Below, in pieces: positions 9,720 through 19,360 of a DNA stretch of 64,000 nt. Within the stretch, counting starts at the first letter, position 1. Each line of letters opens with the position of its first letter. A program made the translations under genes and the position numbers. The notes under the pieces are model-generated. The model saw nothing but the letters and a program-made list of their open reading frames with translations. It made no database searches and was not told where the DNA came from. Where the stretch lies: IMG/VR virus record IMGVR_UViG_2974556029_000001, positions 16,298 through 80,297 of that record. The stretch is one strand, 5' to 3'. Source of the DNA: a virus. Its lineage: Duplodnaviria; Caudoviricetes.

Positions 9720-11347
9720 CGTGGGTTCTTGAGATGACCGGGACCAGGATCTCGGACGGCGTCGCAGAGCGATTCCTGTTCGCTCTCGGCGCCGGCCTGG
9801 CCCTGAAGGACGACGACTACGTCGAGCCCGGCCTTATTGGCTGGGCCAGCCCGTCGCAGAACATCGACGTGGCCAAGACGGGGGGCGTCAGCACCAAGAC
9901 CGACGCCGGCGAGTTCACGATCTCCAACGCGCCGCCGGCGATCGACCAGCCCGGCCCGTGGGATCGCCTCCTGGACGTCGTCTGGAACGGCAAGACCGCC
10001 ACGCTTTTCTGGGTTCCTGGCCAACTCTGGTCCCAGCGCGTCAAGATGGCCTGGGGCACCATGGAGCAGCCGATCGGCAGCATCCTGGGCTCTGGCTCCC
10101 AGCCGAACATCAAGTTTCCGCTGCGAGATCCGCGCGCCGCCCTGGAGGCCCCGCTCCAGCCGAAGAAGTTCCTGGGCGACAACGCCGGCCCCGTCGGCGT
10201 GGAAGGTGGGTCGGACCTTAAGGGGACGCCCAAGCCGATCCTCTACGGGACCGCGTCAAATTGCCCGGTGCCAAAGGTCAACGACGCCCTGCTGATCTAC
10301 CAGGTGGCCGACAAGCCCGTGAGCGTGCTCTGCGTCCGGGACGGCGCGTCCGCCCTCACCGCCGGCGTAGTGCGTGCGAACCTGGCAAGCATGCAGGCCA
10401 CGCCTCCGGGCGGCGGGAAATACGACGTCTACGCCGGCGCGGAAGGCACGTTCGTCCGGGTTGGTACGACCCCGACCTATGGGCTGGCCGTCGATGCGGC
10501 CGAGGGGGCGAACGCCGCGGCGCGCACGCACGCCAAGATCTGGAGCCGCATCCGGACCGAGCGCTGCGGCACGGCAGGCGGCGACATCAACACCTCGAGC
10601 ATCACGGCCGCCGATCTTCTCGACGCCGGCGAAGTTGGCTTCTGGTGGTCTGGCGAGACGACCCAGAGAGAGGCCGTGGACCAGGTCCTCGCCTCATTCA
10701 ATGGGTTCGAGATCAACGAGGTCTCGGGTCAGTGGAAGGTCCAGAAGCTGGTGCTTCCCTCGGGCACGCCAGTGATCGAATTGGCCGTGCTCAGGCCCAA
10801 CTCGGTCAAGACCGCCAAGGCGAGGTCCATGACCGCTCTTCAGCGCCTCCGCCCGGGCTACGCGCCCAACGGCGTGCCACCCTACCGTGTCACGGTCTAC
10901 TGGGGCCGGAACTACAAGGTCATGAACGACGGCGAGTTCGCCGGGTACGCCAACACGCGGCTCAAGGAGAAATTCTCGACCGAGTGGAGACTCGAGCCCG
11001 CCACGAACGCCACGGTCTGGAACCCGGACACCGGCGCCGGTCTGTGGCCAAACGCCCCGGAGCTGACGGTCGAGTCCAGCTATATCCCTGGTCCTGACGG
11101 CCTGACGTGCCCGGCCGCGACCGCTGAGGCCGCCCGACTTCTGGCCATGTACTCGACCCTCCGCGGGCAATATCAGGTCTCCTTCAACCCGCGTGTCGAG
11201 GATAGGGTGCAGCCGGGCGACGTCGTGAAGCTCACGCACGCCAGCATGGGCCTATCGGGCGGCAAGCTCTTCGTCGTCCTGCAGGCGGGTCTTCTGGTAG
11301 GGTCGAAGGGGTCGGAGATGGATCTGGTCGTGGGGCTCGAGGCATGA
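9716..11347 (+). CDS. Tail tip/hub-type minor tail protein
   Basis: 543 aa directly after the TMP; KG.PKP..YG...N motif as recalled from alphaproteobacterial siphophage tail proteins. Confidence 0.6.
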   Translation: MTWVLEMTGTRISDGVAERFLFALGAGLALKDDDYVEPGLIGWASPSQNIDVAKTGGVSTKTDAGEFTISNAPPAIDQPGPWDRLLDVVWNGKTATLFWVPGQLWSQRVKMAWGTMEQPIGSILGSGSQPNIKFPLRDPRAALEAPLQPKKFLGDNAGPVGVEGGSDLKGTPKPILYGTASNCPVPKVNDALLIYQVADKPVSVLCVRDGASALTAGVVRANLASMQATPPGGGKYDVYAGAEGTFVRVGTTPTYGLAVDAAEGANAAARTHAKIWSRIRTERCGTAGGDINTSSITAADLLDAGEVGFWWSGETTQREAVDQVLASFNGFEINEVSGQWKVQKLVLPSGTPVIELAVLRPNSVKTAKARSMTALQRLRPGYAPNGVPPYRVTVYWGRNYKVMNDGEFAGYANTRLKEKFSTEWRLEPATNATVWNPDTGAGLWPNAPELTVESSYIPGPDGLTCPAATAEAARLLAMYSTLRGQYQVSFNPRVEDRVQPGDVVKLTHASMGLSGGKLFVVLQAGLLVGSKGSEMDLVVGLEA

Positions 11348-12138
11348 TCGGTGGCGTCGGCTTTCCCTCATACAGGTCGTTGTTCACGACCTCGTCCAAC
11401 GGCGTGGCTACCCATGTCGATTTTCCGGCCGCCAACATGGCTGATCTGGCCGAGCCGAACCGTCCGGCAGTCGCTGCTGCTCCGGGGTCCTTCACGGCCC
11501 GCATCGACCTCTCCGCCCCGCGCGCGATCGCGTTCCTCGCCCTGGTCAACCACAACGTCCTGGACGGCACGATCCGGGTTCGCGCATGGGCGGGAACGAA
11601 CATCGCCGGTGCGCCGGACTACGACTCAACCGCCATCCCGTTCTGGCCGGCCGGCAGCGGTCCGATCGCGCCATACATCTGGACCAGGCCGATCCTGCTC
11701 TCCGAGCCGGTGACTGCGCAGACCGTGCTGATCGATATCGAACCTGTCACGTCCACCACGGTGTCGATCGGCGCGGTCGAGGCGTCGGCCTGGTGGGAGT
11801 GGCCAGACATCATGGTCGAGGAGGAGCGCGGCTTTGCCCCGACCTCCATCATGTCGCAGCTCCCAGGCGGCATTGACGAAGTGACGCGCCAGTGGGCGCC
11901 GAGGATCCAGTCCGGCACCAGGACCGCCCTGACGGCCGACGAGCTCCAAACGACCGCCCTGGACTTCCAGAGGATCATGGGCCGGTCCAAGCCTTTCGTG
12001 TTCGTCCGCGACCTCGAGGACGCCTCCCGCTGGGCGCGCGAGGTATTTTTGGCTACGAACGCTGATCTGCCCCTGGTCACGATCGACGACACGGAAACCG
12101 GGGCCTTCCCCTATCGCCTGCGCGAGCACATCGGATGA
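11344..12138 (+). CDS. Minor tail protein (paralog A)
   Basis: 264 aa in the tail module; clearly similar to the next gene. Confidence 0.55.
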   Translation: MIGGVGFPSYRSLFTTSSNGVATHVDFPAANMADLAEPNRPAVAAAPGSFTARIDLSAPRAIAFLALVNHNVLDGTIRVRAWAGTNIAGAPDYDSTAIPFWPAGSGPIAPYIWTRPILLSEPVTAQTVLIDIEPVTSTTVSIGAVEASAWWEWPDIMVEEERGFAPTSIMSQLPGGIDEVTRQWAPRIQSGTRTALTADELQTTALDFQRIMGRSKPFVFVRDLEDASRWAREVFLATNADLPLVTIDDTETGAFPYRLREHIG

Positions 12139-12926
12139 AGACGGGCCTCGCCTTTCCCTCCTACATGCCGGACGCCTCCAGCGTTACGAGCAACGGCGTC
12201 TCGACGGCCGCCAGCTACCCGGCAGCGAACATGGCCAGCCTGAAGTCGCCAACCAAGGTTGCGCGCGCGGCGGCGGCCGGCTCCTTCCAGGCCAGGGTAA
12301 ACCTGATCGGCCCCAGGCCAGTGCAGTTCATGGCGGCCGTGAACCACAACCTGATCGACGGCACCATTCGCTTTCAGGGATGGGCCGGCGCGAGTGTTGC
12401 CGGCGCTCCTGACTACGACAGCGGGATCTTGCCCGTCTGGCCTTCCGCTGGTCCGGTCGAAACCTATCCGGCGATCCGCCCCTTGGTCCTGGACGCCCCC
12501 GTCTCCCTTCAAACCGTGATAATCACCCTCACGCCGTCTTCGGCTACGGTGGTTGAGGTCGGCGCGGTGGAAGTCGCGGCCTGGTGGGAATGGATCGGGA
12601 TCTCGAGCCGTGACGCTGGGGTGAACCCGCGCCAGGAGGACATCAATCTGGTCGGCGGCGCGGTCTCGACGGCCGATGCGTGGTCACCTCGAGTCCTCAA
12701 TGGTCGCCTGGACTTCATGAAGGTGGGCCCAAGGACCGAACAGGTCCATGACTTCCAGATCGCCAGCGATCTTAACGTGCCCTTCGTGTTCTGCCTGGAC
12801 GCTGACGATCCTGCCTCCTGGACCAGGACCTCTTACGTGGCCCGCAACCAGGAGCTTCCGCCGCTGGTCGGGGCGCTGTATCGCCACGACGCCTTCAATT
12901 TCCGCTTCGTCGAGCACTGGAGATAG
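12135..12926 (+). CDS. Minor tail protein (paralog B)
   Basis: 263 aa; shares FPSY, SNGV, PAANMA, VNHN..DGTIR, AGAPDYDS and WWEW with paralog A. Confidence 0.55.
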   Translation: MKTGLAFPSYMPDASSVTSNGVSTAASYPAANMASLKSPTKVARAAAAGSFQARVNLIGPRPVQFMAAVNHNLIDGTIRFQGWAGASVAGAPDYDSGILPVWPSAGPVETYPAIRPLVLDAPVSLQTVIITLTPSSATVVEVGAVEVAAWWEWIGISSRDAGVNPRQEDINLVGGAVSTADAWSPRVLNGRLDFMKVGPRTEQVHDFQIASDLNVPFVFCLDADDPASWTRTSYVARNQELPPLVGALYRHDAFNFRFVEHWR

Positions 12927-12928
12927 GC

Positions 12929-14443
12929 GTGCTTGCTGACTGCCTTGCCCCAGAAATCTTCGAACCGTCGGAAGCGAGCCTGACGGTTCCGAACGTCACG
13001 GTCACGGGGAAGACCCTGACCAAGGATGGCGTGAAGGTGCCGGCGCTGCAGGCGGCATGGTCTCCCGTCACCAACCCGTATGTGACCGACGTCGAGTTCC
13101 AGTTCACGCCGTCCGACGGTAGCTCCGGCGCCCTCTCTTCGAAGTCGCGGGCCGACGCCCTGTCGTGGAGCGACCTGCGGGTCGTGGCCGGCCAGGAATA
13201 CAGCATCAGGTGGCGCGCGGTCGGCGCGAACAAGGTCGGCCTCTGGTCGGCGCCTGTCCTGCGCACGCCGCCGGCGACCCTTGTCTCGACCGACACGATT
13301 ACGGTCGGCGGCCGCGACGCCAAGCAGATCCTCAAGGACATGGACATCAATGCCGCGGCGATCATCCGCGAGGCGATGACCCAGGTCGACACGAGGGCCT
13401 ATCTCGACGCCCTGGCCTATATCGACGGCGCGCCGGTCGGCTCGGTCGTGGTGCACGAGATCACGCGGACCGACGACCTGGTCGAGACGATCGACATCAT
13501 CGGCGTCAAGACGCCGGACCGCACCGCCTTCATCCTCAACACGGACCTGGTCTACACCAGCGGCACCAAGACGCTGGCGCAGACCTTCACCGATATCCGC
13601 GTCGAGGCGCAGACCAACCTCGCGGCCGCCGTCACGACCATCAACCAGGCGATTATCGACGGCGACTATCTGCTGGCCCAGCAGATCAACACTGTGGCTG
13701 TGCAGGCGAACAACAACCTTTCAGCCGCGGTCAGCACGCTGAACCAGGCTATCATCAACGGCGACAACGCCGTGGCCAGCCAGGTGACGAGCGTCCAGAC
13801 GACGGTGAACGGCCACACGTCTCAGATCTCGTCCTTGTTCTCGTCGATCAACGGGATCCGGGCCGAGGCCGTGCTCTCGCTGAACGTGGACGGCCACATC
13901 ACTGGCTGGTCCCTGATCAACGACGGGAATTCCGGTTCGTTCGTCGTGGTGGCGGACGAGTTCGGCTTCGTTGACCCGGGCGGCGGGTCGCCTACCTTCC
14001 CGATCAGCTATTCCGGCGGCCTGCTCCGGATGCTGAACGTCGCGATCGATACCTTGGTGGTGGGCTCGGTCACGACGTCGGCTATCGGCTACAACGCCGT
14101 CACCGTGCCATCGATCGCCTCGGCCAGTTGGACGATGAGCGGAAGCGGGTTCTTCCAGAGCATCCTGTCCACGACGGTGTCTCTGACCCAGGCCGGCTGG
14201 GTGCGCGCCACCGCGGCTATCGCCCAGCACTTCCCGTCCGGGGACAGGAACTGGGAGTTCCGCCTCTACATCAACTATTCCATGGCGTTTGATTGCTACG
14301 GCGCGAACGGCCAGGACAGCATCGCGCTGAGCGGCGCAGTCTATTGCGGCGCCGGAGCTATTCCGGTCGAGATCCAATGGAGCGCCCACAGCTCGGTCAC
14401 GATCGACTATCGAACCTGCGAAGCCCTTGGAGTGATGCGATGA
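12929..14443 (+). CDS. Central fibre/host-specificity (gpJ C-terminal-like) protein
   Basis: GTG start with GGAG SD; FN3-like N-part, coiled-coil repeats (AAV.T.NQAII.GD twice), DUF1983-like LNVDGHITGW....S.FVVVADEF. Confidence 0.65.
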   Translation: MLADCLAPEIFEPSEASLTVPNVTVTGKTLTKDGVKVPALQAAWSPVTNPYVTDVEFQFTPSDGSSGALSSKSRADALSWSDLRVVAGQEYSIRWRAVGANKVGLWSAPVLRTPPATLVSTDTITVGGRDAKQILKDMDINAAAIIREAMTQVDTRAYLDALAYIDGAPVGSVVVHEITRTDDLVETIDIIGVKTPDRTAFILNTDLVYTSGTKTLAQTFTDIRVEAQTNLAAAVTTINQAIIDGDYLLAQQINTVAVQANNNLSAAVSTLNQAIINGDNAVASQVTSVQTTVNGHTSQISSLFSSINGIRAEAVLSLNVDGHITGWSLINDGNSGSFVVVADEFGFVDPGGGSPTFPISYSGGLLRMLNVAIDTLVVGSVTTSAIGYNAVTVPSIASASWTMSGSGFFQSILSTTVSLTQAGWVRATAAIAQHFPSGDRNWEFRLYINYSMAFDCYGANGQDSIALSGAVYCGAGAIPVEIQWSAHSSVTIDYRTCEALGVMR

Positions 14444-14631
14444 TCACCGCCCTGATTTATGAACCCAAGCCTGACGATCCGAAATCTGGCAGGATCATCC
14501 AGACGGTGCAGGCCTACGACATGTCGGCCGAACCGCGGCCGTGGGTTCCGGCTCCTGACAACGAGTACCGGATCGACTGGGATCGGACCCACAAGATCGT
14601 CAACGAAGAAGTCCTACCTATCGAGGAATAA
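14440..14631 (+). CDS. Small tail-associated hypothetical protein (63 aa)
   Basis: ATGA overlap with the upstream stop; MITALIYEPK... Confidence 0.5.
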   Translation: MITALIYEPKPDDPKSGRIIQTVQAYDMSAEPRPWVPAPDNEYRIDWDRTHKIVNEEVLPIEE

Positions 14632-14637
14632 CCCCAC

Positions 14638-14928
14638 ATGGCACGAGACGCTAACCAGGTCATCAGCGAGCTGCAGCAGGAAGAGATCGCTCTTCGCGCC
14701 CAGATCCATTTCCAGCAAGAGAACATCACCGCCTGCGAAAAAAGGATCCTCGAGATCCGCAACCAGGTGGCTGGGATCAAGGTCGGCTTGCAACATGAGG
14801 CCGCCGTGGAGCAAGGTCCTGGATCTAAGCCGCCAACGGATGCAGAAACCCCTCCTCCGCCCCCGGCCACCGCGCCGGCCACGAAACCCAAGCCAGCCCC
14901 CGCTGCTGAGCCGCCCAAGGACGCCTAG
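14638..14928 (+). CDS. Hypothetical coiled-coil protein with Pro-rich tail
   Basis: 96 aa, GAGGA SD upstream. Confidence 0.55.
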   Translation: MARDANQVISELQQEEIALRAQIHFQQENITACEKRILEIRNQVAGIKVGLQHEAAVEQGPGSKPPTDAETPPPPPATAPATKPKPAPAAEPPKDA

Positions 14929-14930
14929 CG

Positions 14931-15914
14931 ATGAGCATCTCGAACGAGGCCTTCTTCACTGGAATGGCTGACGTCGTTGTTCGGATTGCCGGCGGCACTA
15001 CTACCCCATCCGACGGCATTATCGAATTGACCGACCTGGCCACTGAATGGACTGGCCTCGTTCCAGAGGACGGTATCGGACCTGCGGTCGCCGCCAAGGT
15101 CACACGCTTCACCGATCTGGCCGCTACTCGAGATGGAGATATCTCGGCCTGGGCTCAGGGGACGGCAGATGCTGTCATCACCTCGCCAGCCGGCCAGCCA
15201 GCACCTGGCTATTACCCCATCCGAATCCAAGGTGGTGCAACGGTATGGATCCCATCCCCCCTTCACATCATCGGGGCTACGCTTCGAGGGTACAAGGGAT
15301 GGAGCCCGGTTCTAATCTCTATTCAAGACGGAACAAGGCGAGTCCTTCGGGTCATCGACTGGGTCGGAGGAGAAGGGACGAAGCCCGCCACAGGCTATGT
15401 CGGTTCCGGCGGCCTTGTGGCGAATGTCGCTGACGGTGTCGACTTCTTCTCGTCTATCACAACCCAGATTACAGCTATCAATGCGGCTGCTGCCGCCGCC
15501 GCCGCGAGCGAGGCCGCCGCAGCAGCTTCGGCGGCATCCGCTCTCACATCGAAAAACGCGGCGGCGACGAGTGAAACAGCCGCGTCAGGATCGGCGGCTG
15601 CGGCGGCAGCATCCCAAGCCGACGCATCAGCAAGCAAGACAGCCGCCGCCGCGAGCGCTACGGCGGCGGCTGGGTCGGCGTCGGCGGCGGCGGCGGATAG
15701 AACGGCCGTGGCGGCGGACAAAGCCACTGTCGCAGCGGACAAGACAGCCGCCGCCGCGAGCGCTACGGCCGCCGCCGAGAGCGAAGCCGCCGCCGCCGCG
15801 TCCGCTACCGATGCGGCTGAAACCGTAGCCGAGACACAGTCGGCCTTGGTCCAGTTGGCGACCTCGCTTATTCAGACTCAAACGATCGTCGTCGAGCACC
15901 ACGCTTTCGCATAG
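14931..15914 (+). CDS. Tail fibre/spike adaptor with Ala-rich stalk
   Basis: WSPV...DG.RRVL...DW.GG.G.KP motif recalled from phage fibre proteins; long A/S/T repeats like side-fibre stalks. Confidence 0.6.
   Translation: MSISNEAFFTGMADVVVRIAGGTTTPSDGIIELTDLATEWTGLVPEDGIGPAVAAKVTRFTDLAATRDGDISAWAQGTADAVITSPAGQPAPGYYPIRIQGGATVWIPSPLHIIGATLRGYKGWSPVLISIQDGTRRVLRVIDWVGGEGTKPATGYVGSGGLVANVADGVDFFSSITTQITAINAAAAAAAASEAAAAASAASALTSKNAAATSETAASGSAAAAAASQADASASKTAAAASATAAAGSASAAAADRTAVAADKATVAADKTAAAASATAAAESEAAAAASATDAAETVAETQSALVQLATSLIQTQTIVVEHHAFA
15635..15769 (+). repeat. 30-bp exact direct repeat in the Ala-rich stalk (15635-15664, 15740-15769)
   Basis: CAAGACAGCCGCCGCCGCGAGCGCTACGGC occurs twice. 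Confidence 0.85.
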
Positions 15915-15929
15915 GAAGGATTTCCCGCG

Positions 15930-18095
15930 ATGTCTCTCGAATCCGAAGTCGCCGCCCTGACTACCGCGACAACCGCTCTCCTGGGCGCGGTAAACGTGGC
16001 GAAAGAGACGCTAGACGGATCTGTTGACGAAGCCGCCGCAAGCGCCATGGCGGCGGCCAGTAGCGAAACCATCGCTGGAAATCAGCGCGCGCTCGCAGAG
16101 ACGGCAAGGGCCGGCGCCGAGCTCGCCCAGGACGCGGCCGAGGGATTGGTCGCGACGGCGCTCGCCGGGGCCCAGGATTTGGGCCATCGTAACGCCTGGG
16201 CCGCTACGAATATCCCGTCGATATACAACGCCGTTCGGACGACAGGATTCTATGCTCACGGCGACGGCGGCGGGGCGCTCTACAAGAAGGTTGTCGCCGA
16301 ACCATCTCATCCGCTTAAATTCCAAAGTGCTGACGGGGCATGGTGGGAACATGCGGAGTTCATCGTCAACGTCCGCGCCGCTGGCGCGAAGATCGACGAT
16401 CTAACGGACGACACGCAAGCTTGGAAAGACGCCCTTTCTGTTGGCCGTCCCGTCTACCATCCGGGCGGGGTTTCGCGGGTTTCGGCGCAACTCGTCTATG
16501 GCCCGTTCTCTATCTTTGGCCCCCCTTCCAATGGCCGCGACACGTCGAGCGATCGCGCTATCATTAAGATGATGAAGGGAGGCGTTACTCCCTTTGCAAG
16601 CAACTATCAAATTAATGTGCTCGACGTCGGGATTTCATTCGGCGACACCGGGACGACGCCGATCGACAATCTCGTCTATGGTAAGGCCTATAAAGTAACC
16701 GGATCTATAGCCGTGTCTGGGGCTGATATCGTCCTGACAGTTCCGGCTGGCGGCCTAATAGCAAATACGAGCGTAGGATCTACGGTTGTTGTTCCGGCCG
16801 ACGTCTCCACTAAGGACTTTGACTATTATGCGAATAACTACACAGACATAAACAGCATTTGCATTATAAAAGAAATTGTGTCTGACACCCAGGCTAAGTT
16901 GTTCGCGCCTGCCGGAATGGCTGTTTCATCGCAATCGATCTACATTCGAGGAAACGGCTATGCGTCTGTTTGGACGGGAAGTTATCAGCCGAGCCGCGTG
17001 ACTATCCGTCGCCCTTTCTTCAGCAAGGTTCCTGGGTTCGGGATCGTTCTCACGGGAGCGCAACAGGTCGACATTGATCAGGTTTGGGGCGGCGGACACT
17101 TGTTCGCCGTCGGCGCGTTCCCGGAGAGTACGCAAGACCGCCTTAATGTTGGCGGCACGTATCACCATGTACGAATTAATTCGGTTATGAACTTCGAATA
17201 CTCCGGAGGGGTTATTCTCTCTTCTGGTCTTACGGACTCATACATCAAACAATGTCAGGCCGATCTAAACGGGCCTGAGGCGAGCGGGGCAAAGAACACA
17301 TATTTCGCTTCTCCGAAAGCTCAATATGTGACTTACGCGGCGAAGGATTTGGAGTTTAAAGGCAATACCGCCGAAGACATGAACTCACCGTTCGGGTTCT
17401 TTTTCTATTCGTGCGGATATCTCGACGTTGATGATCTTCACGGTCACGACGTCGTTAACACGCTCGTCATGTACCAAGCGTGTTACAACACCAAAGAGGG
17501 CTTCATTCGTGCGACGGGGACTAGCGCAGGACTCCGCACGTTCACAGGTGCAAACAACACCTCGTCGTTCGAGCTTCTGAGCCTCGCAGGCGGTCGAGAT
17601 CTCGCGGGCCAATACCTATATCGCAACGGGACGCACGGGAACTTCTCCAGGTTCCTCAACACGCGGGATTTCGAGATCATCAAGAAAACGCTTCCAGCGG
17701 CGACTCTGAAAGCTCACACCGGGAGCCAGTACGACTGGAACCTAAACCTCGCAGATTACGGCGGATATGCCGACACGACGGTCAATATAATCGAGAACAT
17801 TCTCTTCGATCATACGTCGCCCTGGTCTTCGTCTGGTGGAACGCCTGTCCTGAGGATCGGCAATTCGACAGACACGACTGCGGTAAGCGGCGACCTAAAT
17901 CTTACGCAAGCCGCTGGCTATTATATGAACGGGAAGAACACTGCGATAAGACCGATCGCCATGGTCGCGGGCGCCGGTGGTACGGGATCTCTACTAATTA
18001 GGATCTTCTCCGGCGGCGGGATCGCCATGAATAATGCTGGGTTCGTCCCGCAAGATCTGAACGTCTATTATTTTGTTCGTAGAGCGCGTGTCTAG
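15930..18095 (+). CDS. Tailspike/depolymerase (pectate-lyase-like beta-helix)
   Basis: TTGFYAHGDGGGALY tailspike N-domain, then VNVRAAGAKID..TDDTQAWKDAL (pectate_lyase_3-like start); visibly lower GC. Confidence 0.75.
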   Translation: MSLESEVAALTTATTALLGAVNVAKETLDGSVDEAAASAMAAASSETIAGNQRALAETARAGAELAQDAAEGLVATALAGAQDLGHRNAWAATNIPSIYNAVRTTGFYAHGDGGGALYKKVVAEPSHPLKFQSADGAWWEHAEFIVNVRAAGAKIDDLTDDTQAWKDALSVGRPVYHPGGVSRVSAQLVYGPFSIFGPPSNGRDTSSDRAIIKMMKGGVTPFASNYQINVLDVGISFGDTGTTPIDNLVYGKAYKVTGSIAVSGADIVLTVPAGGLIANTSVGSTVVVPADVSTKDFDYYANNYTDINSICIIKEIVSDTQAKLFAPAGMAVSSQSIYIRGNGYASVWTGSYQPSRVTIRRPFFSKVPGFGIVLTGAQQVDIDQVWGGGHLFAVGAFPESTQDRLNVGGTYHHVRINSVMNFEYSGGVILSSGLTDSYIKQCQADLNGPEASGAKNTYFASPKAQYVTYAAKDLEFKGNTAEDMNSPFGFFFYSCGYLDVDDLHGHDVVNTLVMYQACYNTKEGFIRATGTSAGLRTFTGANNTSSFELLSLAGGRDLAGQYLYRNGTHGNFSRFLNTRDFEIIKKTLPAATLKAHTGSQYDWNLNLADYGGYADTTVNIIENILFDHTSPWSSSGGTPVLRIGNSTDTTAVSGDLNLTQAAGYYMNGKNTAIRPIAMVAGAGGTGSLLIRIFSGGGIAMNNAGFVPQDLNVYYFVRRARV

Positions 18096-18442
18096 CGCGG
18101 CCATTCGGTATCGGGCGGGAGCCAAATATAGGGCCCCGCCTGATCGGCCCTATAGGTCCATGGCGTGAGGTTGTCGAAGGCAAGACCGTTCGCCTCGGCG
18201 ATGCGGTGAGGCTGGCCTGATCTCTTAATGATCACCACTCGCGTGCGGACCGAATAGCCATAGGAAGCCAGGCGCGATGCCTTGCGCTCGGCGTAGCAAT
18301 CGCAATCGGCAGTAGGATTTTCCGGGACTTCCGGACAAGGAAGACCGGCGATCCTCAGTTTGTCTATTTCCCGGTTTATGGAGACGTTGAGGGCGTCTAG
18401 ACAGCGAACTTCGGCGGCTGGTGCTAGGTCGAAACAAGTCAT
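18092..18442 (-). CDS. Transglutaminase-like cysteine proteinase (BTLCP-like), 116 aa
   Basis: Start at ATG 18442 with AAGGA SD; LN..IN.EI, DCDCYA..K...L, H in GQPH and FDNL reproduce the BTLCP Cys-His-Asp pattern. Confidence 0.6.
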   Translation of the reverse strand: MTCFDLAPAAEVRCLDALNVSINREIDKLRIAGLPCPEVPENPTADCDCYAERKASRLASYGYSVRTRVVIIKRSGQPHRIAEANGLAFDNLTPWTYRADQAGPYIWLPPDTEWPR

Positions 18443-18566
18443 GGGTGGGTTCCTTGGCGAAGGTTTCTTATTTGCCCAGCTATGTAAGCAGCCGTCAAAG
18501 CTGATAGGTTTCTTATGGCGAGCCGCCAATATCAGGTAGCCGCCCTTCTTTTTAGGGGATGCGCCG

Positions 18567-18893
18567 ATGCTTTGGATGTGGGGGATAGCCGGCGCCTTCG
18601 TGTATGCCGTCAACGCCCTGATCCTGGCGTTGTGGAATGATGGGAGCAGCTCTCTAGCCAGGCATAGGGCGATCGCCGAATTCGCCGCAGCGCTGATCAC
18701 CGGCGCCATCTTCGCCGAGGGTTTCGCGTCGGGATTGCAGGCGTGGGTCGTAAAATTGGTCGCCGTCGACCATAGGGCAGTTGCTTTGACCATCGGATGG
18801 GCGTCGAACTACATCTGGCCCAAGTTGCTGCGCAAGCTAGGTGAAGGCGTGGACAAGATCCCGGCCGACAAGATGAAGGGTCCATTCCAATGA
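18567..18893 (+). CDS. Holin-like membrane protein 1
   Basis: 108 aa, about three hydrophobic segments, basic C-tail, upstream of the endolysin. Confidence 0.5.
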   Translation: MLWMWGIAGAFVYAVNALILALWNDGSSSLARHRAIAEFAAALITGAIFAEGFASGLQAWVVKLVAVDHRAVALTIGWASNYIWPKLLRKLGEGVDKIPADKMKGPFQ

Positions 18894-19348
18894 TCGTCTC
18901 GGTTCTCGCCGGCGTCCTGATCCTGCTGTCCGCTACATTCCTAGGCGTCGCCGAGAAGGCGTTGGGGCCGGACATCAGTCGATTCCCCTGCATCAACGAG
19001 CCGATGCGCTGGGTGCTTCGGGTCTACACCCTGGCGCTATTCATCAGGTCGGTCGTGATCCTGACCAGCCTGACCGGGCCAAATCCGCGCCTGGTGCCCT
19101 GGGACCTGGTCTTCTGCGCAGCGATGATGTGCGCGGCCCACGGCGTCCTCCTGAAGGCAATCTTGGAGCAGCGCCTACCGTCTGGCCTCTGGATGCGCCT
19201 CCAGGCCCGCCAGGACCGCGTGAGGCGTCTGGCGCAGGGGTATGGTTCCCAAGGGCAGGCTTTGGCCGCTCTGGCCGCTGAGGGTGTGCGTGTAATAGCG
19301 CCCGGCGAGGGCCCCGAGGCCGTCCAAGAGGCGGTCGTCTTGCACTAG
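18890..19348 (+). CDS. Membrane protein (holin/antiholin-like) 2
   Basis: About three hydrophobic segments; ATGA overlap with the previous gene. Confidence 0.45.
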   Translation: MIVSVLAGVLILLSATFLGVAEKALGPDISRFPCINEPMRWVLRVYTLALFIRSVVILTSLTGPNPRLVPWDLVFCAAMMCAAHGVLLKAILEQRLPSGLWMRLQARQDRVRRLAQGYGSQGQALAALAAEGVRVIAPGEGPEAVQEAVVLH

Positions 19349-19360
19349 AGCTCCTTTGAG

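Noticed and set aside
15470-15830. Ala-rich repeats as a possible DGR template/variable repeat or CRISPR-like array
   Set aside because: In-frame low-complexity coding repeats; no reverse transcriptase, no A-specific mismatches and no spacer structure.
18443-18793. N-terminal extension of the minus-strand ORF 18092..18793
   Set aside because: It overlaps the holin-like gene antisense; the SD and domain boundary support a start at 18442.
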